Positions 14,571 through 27,583 of a stretch of DNA of 64,000 nucleotides are shown here, piece after piece. The notes beneath the pieces were generated by a model. It was not told the origin of the DNA. It did not search any database and was given only the letters and a program-made list of their open reading frames with translations. The stretch lies in NCBI RefSeq assembly GCF_009914755.1, contig NC_060937.1. One strand, 5' to 3'. Source of the stretch: the human T2T-CHM13v2.0 reference genome, Homo sapiens. Both the position numbers and the translations under genes were made by a program. Position 1 is the stretch's first letter. Every line of letters begins with the position of its first letter.

Positions 14571-15201
14571 AGCCACTTAGAAATGATTTGTGTTTGTTTC
14601 CAGAATGTCTTCTTAATTACTTTTTAAAATACAGAAAAATTATGCCATCGAATTTCAGATTTATTTTTCAAAATCTGAAACCTAACTTTGTGCTAAAAAT
14701 TCTCCACTGCTTCTCAAAACACTAAAGGCTGGCATGGATTCAACAAAAGCTACAAAATTGTAGCTTCATGTAAAACAATAATACAACAAAATGTAGAAAA
14801 AAATCCAACCATTTGCTAAACATACACCCTTTAACTACTTTTTTTTTTAGAGAAAAGGACATTTTGTGATTTTTTTTTTTAATTAATGAGGGAGGTCATA
14901 TGGTCACACACTTATGTAAACAGTCACTGAACTGTTTACTGTTCACATTGCTATTTGCCACAGGATTTTCTGTTAGAAAGCTTAAACATTGGAAAATTCT
15001 GCCTAATTCTAATTTACAAAATACTGACAGTTAATGCACTACATTTTAATTCTGTTTAACATTGCCTCTTTCTTTTTAATTTTTGGTGGGAGGAGTGACT
15101 AGCAGCTCATCTCTGTTATAGTCAGAGAAACGATTTTCCTTAGACTAGAGAAGAGGTCTGTCCTGACTTTGGTATTCTGCTCTTGTTCCATACATATAGA
15201 G

Positions 15202-15399
15202 CAATGGTTCTCAACTGGGGAGATTTTATATTTGACAATATCTGGAAGCCTTTTTATATGTTACAACCTGAAGGGTGCTATTGGTATCATTTGGGTAGAG
15301 GCCACAGGGATGCTACAAAGCATTCTGTGCACAAGACAGCCCCTATGACAAATAATCATCTGGCCCCACCTGTCAATAGTGCACACTTGGGAGACCTTG
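15202..15399. mobile_element. MER20 hAT-Charlie MITE
   Basis: 'caatggttctcaactgggg...gggtgctattggtatcatttgggtagaggcca...ctgtcaatagtgc...gagaccttg'. Confidence 0.85.
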
Positions 15400-15514
15400 A
15401 TGCAGACCGATCTGGAGCTTGAGATGAAAAAAATCTGTCAGTATTTCACTAGCATAATGAATACAACGTATTATTATAAACCAGAGTCTATCTGAAGACT
15501 TTTCAGATTTCAAC

Positions 15515-16810
15515 CCTTCATGAAACCAGTTCCTACCTCAATCATCCCTAATTCTAGTAAGGCCTCACTATCCATGAAGTGTTAATACAAAAGAACACAG
15601 AGGCATCCTTGAATCCTCTTTCTCTCACTGTGCACACTCTGACACGTCTGCCTTCAGAATCTATCCCCAATGTGAGCATTACCATCTCCACTGCTCCACC
15701 TTACTCTCAGCCACCATCATGTCTTGCCTGGATTCTGCAGTAGCCTCCTATCTGGTCTCCCTGCAGCCTTTCTTACACTTGGCAATGCATTGTCTGGCAG
15801 CCAGATTTTAAAAAGCTTTTATAATAGCTTCAGGGGTACATGTTCAGGTTAGCTATATAAGGTAAACTCATGTCACAGGGGCTTGTTATACAGATTATTT
15901 TATCACCAGGTACTAAGCCTAGTACCCAATAGTTATTTTTCCTGATCCTCTCCCTCCTCCCATCTGCTACCCTCAAGCAGGTTCCATCATTGTTCCTTCT
16001 TTGTGTTCATGTGTTTTATCATTTAGCTCCCACTTATAAGTGAGAACATGCACTATTTGGTTTTATGTTCCTCATTAATTTGCTAAAGACAACGGCCTCC
16101 AGCTCCATCCATGTTCCTGCAAAGGACATGACCTTGTTCTTTTTTATGGCTGCATAGCATTCCGTGGTGTATATGTACCATATTTTCTTTATGCAATCTG
16201 CCACTGATGGATGTTTAGGTTGATTCCATGTCTTTGCTACTGTGAATAGTGTAGCAGTCATGTTTTAAAGTTAGCATCAGGTCATGACACTGTATCCCAG
16301 GGCTTCTCATTGCAAATAGAAAGGGATCCACACTTCTTACCAGGGCATACCAGATCCTACCTCATGGAGCCCTACCGTAACTCTATATTCTTACCAGTCA
16401 TGACCGTGTCTGTCCAACTAGATAGACTCTGATTCTGTAGGTCTCATGGACACACTAAACTTGCTCCTGACACAAGCTCTTGTCCTTGTTGTTATTCCCA
16501 CCTGGAACAGTTCACATCTCCTGCTTCATATCTCCTAGTACCTGGTGTTCTCAGATCATCTCAGTGGCATCCTCTGACATGACCTTATCCTAGTTACATC
16601 TCCTCTACCATTTTATTTTCTCCTTAAAATTTGCCATTATCTAAAATCATCACATATAATTTTGTGCTTATCTTAACGTACTTCACTCCCTCTATCCTGA
16701 CACACACGTCTAGGAGGGAAGAGATTTAGTTCTATGTTGCCACTGCATCTCTTGCATAATATTAGAGACTATAATAAGTTCTCAAAAGAGAGAGAGAGAA
16801 TAAATGAGTT
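15515..16810 (+). mobile_element. L2 3' region interrupted by L1PA
   Basis: 'cagccaccatcatgtcttgcctggattctgcagtagcctcctatctggtctccctgc', resuming at ~16262 and ending in the L2 tail 'gaataaatgag'. Confidence 0.75.
15815..16258 (-). mobile_element. L1PA13-16-type 3' end
   Basis: Antisense 3'UTR and ORF2 C-terminus; ORF 16034-16261 (TVAKTWNQPK...GTWMELE) is an ORF2 remnant. Confidence 0.9.
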
Positions 16811-17934
16811 AGCTGATAAATTGATTCAATTAATAGTGTTGGGCTTTCTTCCATGCTAAGGATTCCAGAGCGCATCAGAATAAAGCAGAGTTTTCAAGTT
16901 TGGTGAAGGCCCCTCAAGTATTCAGAGATACTTGCATATGGGGCCTCAATTTCCATTTTGTTTCCCAAGACTTCTCTGCAAAACTATCCTGACCTGCCAT
17001 TTCTCCTTTTTCTCTTTTCAACACCTAATTCTACTTCTATTTACCCGCAAAATATGGCTTTGTTTAAGATGACTCTTCTCGGAAGGATCTCAACAGTTTT
17101 CACTTCGCTGTTGCAATTAGGTTTGATGATAACCACCACAATCTCCTTAATAACTTTTTTAAAAGAAACTTATCTTGTCTCAGTTACAAAAGCAATATAT
17201 CATGTGATCAATTCAAATGATCCAGAGGTGTGTAAAATTGTAATCAATAGTCTCTACCAGCCCACCTGCTTTAATTACCATCCATACCATGCACAAAGGT
17301 AAGATGCGTCAGGTCCCTGAGGAAAGGGAATGTGTCTTTCTTGTTTGATACTGTGTTTTTGTTCTGAGAGAAGTGCCTGGTCTTTTAGTAAATATCTGTA
17401 GCATGAATGAGATAATATAGAAAGAAAGCATTTAGCTTAGTATGTGACACCTGGCAGGTGCCCAATAAATGATTCATATGGCATGGGAGAGATATTCAAG
17501 CTAATCATCTGCCTCCTGCCAGTAATGAGGCCATTTGGGGAACCCACTAGAGGAACTATCATGGAGAAAGAAACAAGCTTCAGGGAACAGAGGGCCAGTT
17601 CCTTCCCCAGACAGAGATTCCATGGCAGTACTGAATGGGTCTTGTGAGGAAGGCTGGTGTCAAAATTAATAACATCTTTCTAACAAGGCTCAGGCATTTA
17701 ATTAAAATGAATTTAACAGCAAAGCTAGTCTGCAGCATTAAGGTTCCAGAGGCAAAAGCTGACCAGTAGTTGGACCCAGCCAGTGATAAGAGTCAGCATG
17801 CAAGTGCTGCTTACAGGGACCTTAGAAATCAAACAAATAGCTTGTGTCAGCTGGAATTAGTAAGAATTATACTAGACATAGGTATGATATTTGTAAGTTT
17901 CTAAAAAGCACCTATTTGCCCTCTTTTTGTGCAT

Positions 17935-17999
17935 TGCTTCATATAATAAATGCTTCATATAATAAATGCTTCATATAATAAATGAAGCATTTATTATAT
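17935..17999. repeat. 3x 16-bp tandem repeat plus one inverted copy
   Basis: tgcttcatataataaa at 17935, 17951 and 17967; 17982-17999 is the exact reverse complement of 17957-17974. Confidence 0.95.
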
Positions 18000-19921
18000 T
18001 GTTAATTTCTAGGGAAGCCATGATTTTGCACACAAAAAATGACTATAAACTTGATATCTGAACTTAGGGAAAAAAAAACCTAACTTTTGTCTTGAGCAAC
18101 TCTAAATCAAATAATACTCTTGCTTATTTTAAATAATAAAGCTACAGATAAGAGCCTACTAAATAAACTAACATTTGAAGGTAACTTCTTTGTGATAAGC
18201 ACACACGTCACTGTTCTATGACCTGGTTTCTCTGTATGAAAGACGTATGGTCTAGATTATAGAGGGCACGGAATACTTTTTGTTGCCTAAAAATGAGAGT
18301 TTCAGAATGAGTTAATACTTATTTCTCTTACCTATCTAAAAATTTCTTTTTAATATTCTTACATTGCTGTTAGAATCTGATAGTTGCCCAAAGGTAATTT
18401 TAAAACACTTCTCTCACTTTAGTCCAACCCATTTATTTCCTTTCTTGTCTTAAAAGAAAAGAGATTCTTTCTTCTAGAATTATCCAGGAAGAATTTTTTT
18501 CTTTTTTCTTTTTAAGAGATTTTTAAAAGTGAAATCTAGCAACCATTTTGCTCTTACATTAAATGCAAAATGACGGGCTCATTTAATATTGCACATGGTT
18601 TTCACAAGTTGATCCTGGGTATGTTGCACAGGCATGTAAGCCTCCGGTACTCAGGTTATACATCCCCAAACACTCACCATACGTTCCTCTTGATTGGAGA
18701 TCATTTCCAACAAAGTCTAAACTGTTGGTATATTTGGACATTGCCAGAAACTCTGTAGTTAAGGTGAAGGTAACATCATCCTATCTTCAATATGACAAAT
18801 TGTAGGAATGGGTATATCTTCCTGAGGGAAATATAACACTTTATAAATTTGATTCCCTAAGCAGTAGAAATATATCAGCTAAGTAAAATGGCTATGGATC
18901 GAATATGTTATTAGCACTAAAATTTAAGTATAAATTTCTGACTGACACATTTAATTAGAGGAAGAAGAATTTATTATACTACTACATATGGATACGGCCT
19001 ATTTTACAGTTAACCCTTATAACATGATCTGATGAATTCCTATAACTAGTGAATTGAATCCCAAAGTAAAAGTCATGTACCTAGAACATAGGTTGTTATC
19101 CATGGGTATGTTGGGAGACATTATTTATAAACCCACTGCAAATATTTTTAATTACCCCTTTAAAAATTTTTAGACATTTAAAAATAAACATTTTAATTAA
19201 AAAATATAACACACAACACAAATGAGGAATAATGTCACATAAATATCAAATGTGTTCCTCTTTCCCATTCCTATTTCAAAGGTGTTGTGAATTTTACACA
19301 GATATTATATTGTCTTGTAGCTTCATAAGTTAGTGTATGATAGACTTGTCAATCCCTAAGTCTATGTTAAGGAATCCAACCCGTTAGTCTGTATAAATCA
19401 ACAAATGCTTGCTTTATCAAGTTTGTCTTTAATGGTTCATAACAATCAGTATTTCAAAGATAAAGATGTATTTTATGTAATCACTAGGAGTTCTAGCTTT
19501 GTTAGAAGAGTTGTAAATTTAGAGTTTGTGATAGTGGAGATAATAAACGCCCTTTCTTTTACTTAGTCTTATGTGATAAAATCCTTTTCGTTGATTACAT
19601 TGGTGGAGACAGAATAGCATGGGGTGTTGATACTCATAAATGACTATGGGAGACTTGAGGAACTGTGATAGCATTAACAAATAGAAAAGTCAGAGGGTGG
19701 AGCTGGTGTCAGAGGGAACATTGTAAATTTGGTTTGAAAAGCAGTACATTTTAAAGTTATCTGGTAGGCAGAAGAAAATGTGAGAGTTTATCTTCAGGAC
19801 ACTATTGATGCTGAAAAAATAAGTTGTTATTTGTCTTTTTAAAAAAGTGTTGATTGTGAGAATTTTAGGTTGAATGAGTTTACAGGGAGAGCGATGGGGA
19901 GATAGAAGAAAAGAGGAGCAG

Positions 19922-20640
19922 TACTATGGTTTGAATGTTTATGTTCCCTCTAAAATTAATATTGAAACTTAACCCCAAGTACAATAGTACTAAAAGGTGG
20001 GGCATTTAGGAGGTAATTAGGCCATGAGGGTTCCACCCTCATGGATGAGATTATAAAGGTTGAGGGAATGAATTCAGTCCCTGTAGGTCTTCTGCTCTTC
20101 CACCAAGTGAGGACACAGTGTTCATTCCCTCTTACCTTTCAGACTCTTTTAGACGGAGTCTCGCACTGTCATCCAGGCTGGAGTGCAGTGGCACCATCTT
20201 GGCTCACTACAACAACCACCATCTCCTGGGTCAAGTGATTCTCCTGCCTCAGCCTCCCGAGTAACTGGGATTACAGCCATGCATCACCACACCTGGCTAA
20301 TTTTGTATTTTTAGTAGAGATGGGGTTTCACCATGTTGGCCAGGCTGGTCTCAAACTCCTGACCTCCAGTGATCCATGCACCTCAGCCTCCCAAAGTGCT
20401 AGGATTAAAGGCATGAGCCACCGCTCCTGGCCTACCCTTCAGACTCTTGTGCCATGTGAAGACAGAGCCTTCAAGGCATCATCTTGGAAGCAGAGACTGG
20501 GGCCCTCACCAGACACTGAACCTGCTGGTATTTTGAACTTGGACTACCCAGCCCTTAGAACTGTGAGAAATAAATTTCCATTGTTTATAAATTACCCTGT
20601 TGGCAGTATTTTGTTATATCAGCACAAATCGACCAAGAGA
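19922..20640 (+). mobile_element. MSTC/MSTD-type MaLR LTR, split by an Alu
   Basis: 'tactatggtttgaatgtt...ggccatgagggttccaccctcatggatgagatta...ccctcaccagacactgaacctgctgg...agaactgtgagaaataaattt'. Confidence 0.85.
20149..20432 (-). mobile_element. AluS (Sx-like), full length, almost no A tail
   Basis: Complete antisense dimer; TSD tacc(t/c)ttcagactctt at 20133-20148 and 20433-20448. Confidence 0.95.
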
Positions 20641-20810
20641 GGCAGGGATACAGTTTTGGGTAAAGATATATTTAGAAGAGCAAGAATTAGGAAAAGCAAA
20701 AACAGTGTTCAAAGGAGAGAAGGAAGAAACAAGAAAGCAACTGCAGAGCAGACAAGTGATAAGCGTTTCTCAAAAGTGGGAGCCAGAAGAGTAGTCAAAA
20801 AAGCAAGAAA

Positions 20811-22488
<1,678 letters not shown>

Positions 22489-22645
22489 TCATCGAACCAT
22501 TATTGCCTCACAGTAAAGCTGACTAATAAGAGAAAAGGTGTACAAATTTATTTAACCGTGTGCATGGGGAGAATCACAGAGTGATTACCCAATTTAAAAA
22601 ATAAATAAATAAAAATAAAAATAAAATAGCCTTTGCAACTAAAAA
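22489..22645 (+). other. L1 3'-transduced non-L1 sequence with further A tails
   Basis: Lies between the L1 A tail and the right TSD aaaaaagcaagaaa (22646-22659, identical to 20797-20810). Confidence 0.85.
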
Positions 22646-23319
22646 AAAAAAGCAAGAAAGATAAGAATTATGTGTATTCTTCAACCATAAAAAGGAAAGA
22701 ATTTCAAAAAGGAAGAGGTCAACAGTATAAAAATCCACGGCTCTCTAACCCCGTATTCTTTTCAATTCTTGGTGTAACAAGCCCAGCATCCTTCCTGCTA
22801 TTTTGCTGCTCTTTGCTTATTAGCCACGACCTTGAGAATCCTGGAACAATCTTTTGGATTTAATCTAATGGTGATGCAAGTTCGTTTCTTACCTTGATGG
22901 TGGAAATAGAATGTGAGTAGAGCTGGTGTGGGGTGCACTGGTGAGAAGTCCTGTCTCTTTTTCCCTTTGGGTTTTCATTTCCCCAGGTTTTATTTAAGTC
23001 ATTGCCAGGACCCTAGAAAGCAATTTAAATGTAATTATTTATTTGCAGTGATAGGTGTTTGCAATTAATAGTGGACAAAAGAATTGTGGTGAAAAAGACT
23101 TGCAGACGTAATGAGTAGCCTTCTTTCCCTGCTTCTTAACATATGCTATCTAGGCACATTGGTAACAAACACCTAAATTATATTGGAAGCTAATTTTCCA
23201 CATTTAAATGGCATAATATAATTTAGGGCCAATGTAGGCCTAAAAACGTTAGGCTTGACATTTTTCCAAGCAGCCTTGGTTTGTTTTACTGGACAATGAT
23301 TACTTGGAGTCAAGATCTG

Positions 23320-24437
23320 TACTCTGGGTATATTCATTGCTAATGGGGTGTCACTGCTGCTAGGCCCTCTCAGTGGACAGAGCTAGGAAATGTATGAGTG
23401 TTTAGTCACCCATGCATATGTAATACTTGCAATTATCTCTGTATCCATCCGTGTTTGTATAAACATATGGTTCAATATATATATATTAAACTAAACATGA
23501 ATTCATACTGTCTGAAGCTAATCCAATATCCTAGTGTTCATTCTAGCCTCAATGCCTTGCTTATTTGTAACTTTGTAACGTTCTCTGACAGGGAGAAACC
23601 TGGCTTCCATGATCTGCGGTTTATTCTCTTATTTGTTCAACCCTAGGACACATACAATGTAATTTCAGAATTGTTAACTTGTGACTCTGTAAGGAAAAAA
23701 TTAACCGAGGAGAGTATGATCCTTAGGTACAGTTCTTTTGTCTTTAGCCTTATAGTTTTCAATCAAAACATGGTTTTCCCAAGTATTTTTTTTCCTTACT
23801 TTCTCCTCCCTCCCTCCTTTCTTTTCTTTTCTCTTCTTTTTTTTCTTTCTTTCTTTTCTTTCGCGGATTTTAATTTTTTATTTATATTTTTGTTTTTGTT
23901 TTATTTTTGTTTTTTGTTTGTTTGTTTTTTGACAGGGTCTCACTCTTTCGCCAAAGCTGGAGTGCAGTGGCATGATCTCAACTCACTGCAGCCTTGACCT
24001 TCCAGACTCAAGGGACCTCAGCCTCCAGAGTTGCTGGGACTACAGGCACGTGCCACTACACCCAGCTAATTTTTGAATTTTGTGTAGAGACAGGGTTTCT
24101 CCATGTTGCCCAGGCTGGTCTCAAACTCCTGGGCTCAAACGACCCACCCCTCAGGCTCCCAAAGTGCTGGGATTAAAGGAGTGAGCCACCGTGCCTGGGC
24201 AGTTTTCCAAAGTTTAAGTCACCTCCCAATCCCTTCAGATTGTTTATATCATACATTAGTAACACTGTTAGATTTGTATGTTAGACTCTGTTCTAGTCTG
24301 GAATTCCTTGGTATCCTGGTTGATTTTTTTTTAATTTGTATACATTAGAGATCATTTTGTGTGATGTAAAGTTCTATGGGTTTTGACAAATGCTTAGAGT
24401 TATGTAAATACCACCCCAGTTTCAAATAGAACATTTT
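23320..24437 (-). mobile_element. L1MD/L1MC-type 3'UTR fragment, containing an AluJ and cut at 24437
   Basis: 'ttcattgctaatggggtgtcactgctgctaggccctctcagtggacagagctaggaaa' and 'gttctatgggttttgacaaatg'. Confidence 0.75.
23785..24199 (-). mobile_element. AluJ with long degenerate T/C-rich tail
   Basis: 'gacagggtctcactc...cactgcagccttgacct...ctcctgggctcaa'; TSD-like gttttcc(c/a)aagt near 23772 and 24202. Confidence 0.92.
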
Positions 24438-25142
24438 TTAAAAGATCTGTATCTGAAATTTATATAAAGAGATTTAGATTGTAAAAAATATGAAATAGAA
24501 ATGAAAGCCCTGTTCTGTCTTAAACCAAACTCAGTGTTTGGCTAAATTGGCATGTAAACCAGTTCTTTCTGACACCTGCAGTGAATTACCATAAACCTCA
24601 TGGAGGAGGTAGCCTTGAACAGACTCACTGAGAGTGGAACTTTAGCCTGTAATTTTTATTTTCAGTCATCTGTCGCAAGATAGGCAAACTTCTAAGAAAC
24701 GTCCCTTGTATTATTACGTCAATCTTACCAGAGGTTTTTAATTTTTTTCCAGGGCCTTGAATCTCTCGTATTTTCTTTTTTTCTCCTGCTTCCTTAAATA
24801 AAATCCAAATTCCCCAGAGAATTTTGTAAAATTCCCAATCTTACTGCAGCTTCCTCTTCTGTCTTTCTGGTCCTCTCTGTTCAATATGCACTGCTCAGTT
24901 TCCAGACCTGACAACTTTTTGTCTGGTAGCAAAAATAATGCATGATCAATAGTAAAATTGTAGAAAGAGTGGATCAAGGAAACCAGGCACCCAGAGATAA
25001 ATGGCTGGATGTCTAGAAGGAAGCTTGCTGGATCAAAGGGTATCCAAGTTTTCACAGCCTTTACATCACCAAATTGCCCTGCAGAATGGCTCTATTAATT
25101 TGCACTCTGCCAACATAGTTAATGGGCTGTAGTGTAATTGTC
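24438..25142 (-). repeat. Left arm of 705-bp inverted duplication (probably the derived copy)
   Basis: Base-by-base reverse complement of 26879-27583 with no indels; mismatches only at 24578/27443 and 24732/27289. Confidence 0.99.
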
Positions 25143-25422
25143 CATATACCAGCAGTGTAGAAGTATTCCTTTTTTACTGCATCCATGCCAACATCTATTT
25201 TTTTTATTTTTGATAATGGCCATTCTTGATAATATTTGCCATAATTCAGTATTGTCAAGACTAAGGTGGTATCACACTGTAGTTTTAATTTGCATTTCTC
25301 TAATCATTAGTGATGTTGAGCATTTTTTCATATGCTTGTTGGCCATTTGTGTATCTTCTTTTGAGAATTGTCTATTCATGTCCTTAGCCCACTTTTTGAG
25401 GAGATTCTTTGTTTTTTTCTTT
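25143..25422 (-). mobile_element. L1PB-type ORF2 3' fragment
   Basis: 'accagcagtgtagaagtattcc...catccatgccaacatcta...tgagaattgtctattcatgtccttagcccactttttga'. Confidence 0.85.
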
Positions 25423-26759
25423 AACTATTTCTTAACCATTTTAATCCTTCATGTCATTTTGTCCCTCTTCTAATTTTGACCCAACTATGGTTTTGCCAAA
25501 TACTTTTTGACTGCCAGGTGACTGTGGCTTAGATTCATTGTTTTGTAAATAATATAACTTGGCTCTCTATGAATAACTGAATATCTAAATTCATTACGCA
25601 TCAATTATTTATTAATTCAAAATATATTTACTAAGCACAGTGTAAAACAAAAACAATCCATCTTTTCAATGTTATTGATGAACACATAAAATATATGTAA
25701 ACATTGATAAAGCATAGGCTAAACTTAAATTGTTACATATAAAATCTGTAACAAAAGACACCGAAGTTTTTTGTCAGCTTGAAGTATTTGTCCACAGCTA
25801 TGTATTCGACATATGGCACATACTCAATAAATGTTTTTCATGTAAGAAAAGGTGCAGCTAAATTACTCATGTAGTTATGAGCATCATTCCCAGTAGGGAT
25901 CGTTAGAAAAATGTTTGAAATGGAAATGACATCTCAACTGGACCTTGACACATGAAATCATTCTAAGGCAAACTGTTTCCTCTTTTCCCCATAGAATTTT
26001 ATTTTTAATCTCTATCATGGCCGTTGTCTTACTATATTTTAGCTTATCTCTTCATATGCCTATCGTTTCTGTAGAATATGTAGAATGCAAGTTTATCAAT
26101 TGTTGTTCATCTTATTAAATCTTTGTATCCTTACCATAATGCATTCCTTCAAATCATAGATATTTGTTCTAGTCATGTTTAAGTAAGCTATTATGGATTT
26201 TTTTTATCTTTATAAACTCTCGTTCTTCACAAAAAAAGCATTGCAATATTTACATCATAACTTTACTGAAGATTTTGCATTCAAAGTAGATCCATTCCTT
26301 GAGGATTTTTAGAGATTTATTTATTTTTGTCCCAGAAACAAAACTATAATCTTACATAATATTTTTCAGTGATTGTCTTAGTAACATGCTCTCAAAATTT
26401 TCACCCTGAAGGAAGTTACTGAAATATCATTTACAAATATAGCTGGATTTTGGAAGATATTTATTTTAAACGTCCCTCCATACATACCCATGCATTTATG
26501 GTACTTCAGTGTTCAATGCTAAATTAACTTGAACAACACTTTCCATAGGGTTATCTAAAGCAACCTTCAAAAACGGCTGCATTTTGTATGTTAGACTTAA
26601 AAGAAAGATGTGAAACGTTACAAGAGCTTATGTGTGTGTTATCTTTTAGTGAAAAATTCTAGAATATTTTGCTGCTTTCCATACCTTATCACTCATGCAT
26701 ATATTCTATGATCTTACTTCACTTGTTTGGGGCTTCAAAGAATTTAGAGGTGGGAAAGG

Positions 26760-26895
26760 GAAGTGGGTTAATGAATGCCTATTCTATCAGGCTAAATGTT
26801 AGATGCTGGGTGGGCATTGAGAGATTAAAAAGTCCTTGAAGAGTATATACCCTAATGAGGAAAATAGATAGATAAACAGACAATTACACTACAGC
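26760..26895 (-). mobile_element. L2 fragment running into the right arm of the inverted duplication
   Basis: 'aatgaatgcctattctatcaggc...gatgctggg...gataaacagacaattacactacag' resembles the antisense L2 3' end. Confidence 0.55.
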
Positions 26896-27583
26896 CCATT
26901 AACTATGTTGGCAGAGTGCAAATTAATAGAGCCATTCTGCAGGGCAATTTGGTGATGTAAAGGCTGTGAAAACTTGGATACCCTTTGATCCAGCAAGCTT
27001 CCTTCTAGACATCCAGCCATTTATCTCTGGGTGCCTGGTTTCCTTGATCCACTCTTTCTACAATTTTACTATTGATCATGCATTATTTTTGCTACCAGAC
27101 AAAAAGTTGTCAGGTCTGGAAACTGAGCAGTGCATATTGAACAGAGAGGACCAGAAAGACAGAAGAGGAAGCTGCAGTAAGATTGGGAATTTTACAAAAT
27201 TCTCTGGGGAATTTGGATTTTATTTAAGGAAGCAGGAGAAAAAAAGAAAATACGAGAGATTCAAGGCCCTGGAAAAAAATTAAAAACCACTGGTAAGATT
27301 GACGTAATAATACAAGGGACGTTTCTTAGAAGTTTGCCTATCTTGCGACAGATGACTGAAAATAAAAATTACAGGCTAAAGTTCCACTCTCAGTGAGTCT
27401 GTTCAAGGCTACCTCCTCCATGAGGTTTATGGTAATTCACTGTAGGTGTCAGAAAGAACTGGTTTACATGCCAATTTAGCCAAACACTGAGTTTGGTTTA
27501 AGACAGAACAGGGCTTTCATTTCTATTTCATATTTTTTACAATCTAAATCTCTTTATATAAATTTCAGATACAGATCTTTTAA
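26879..27583 (+). repeat. Right arm of 705-bp inverted duplication (probable source copy; includes an L1ME-like ORF2 remnant at ~26905-27015)
   Basis: The same 105-aa ORF appears at 26966-27283 (+) and 24738-25055 (-); 'IPFDPASFLLDIQP' resembles L1 ORF2 '[14 protein letters not shown]'. Confidence 0.99.

Noticed and set aside
26966-27283. Identical 105-aa ORF on both strands (also 24738-25055) as a duplicated gene
   Set aside because: It is a by-product of the inverted duplication, has a GTG start, its N-terminus is decayed L1 ORF2, and nothing suggests coding function
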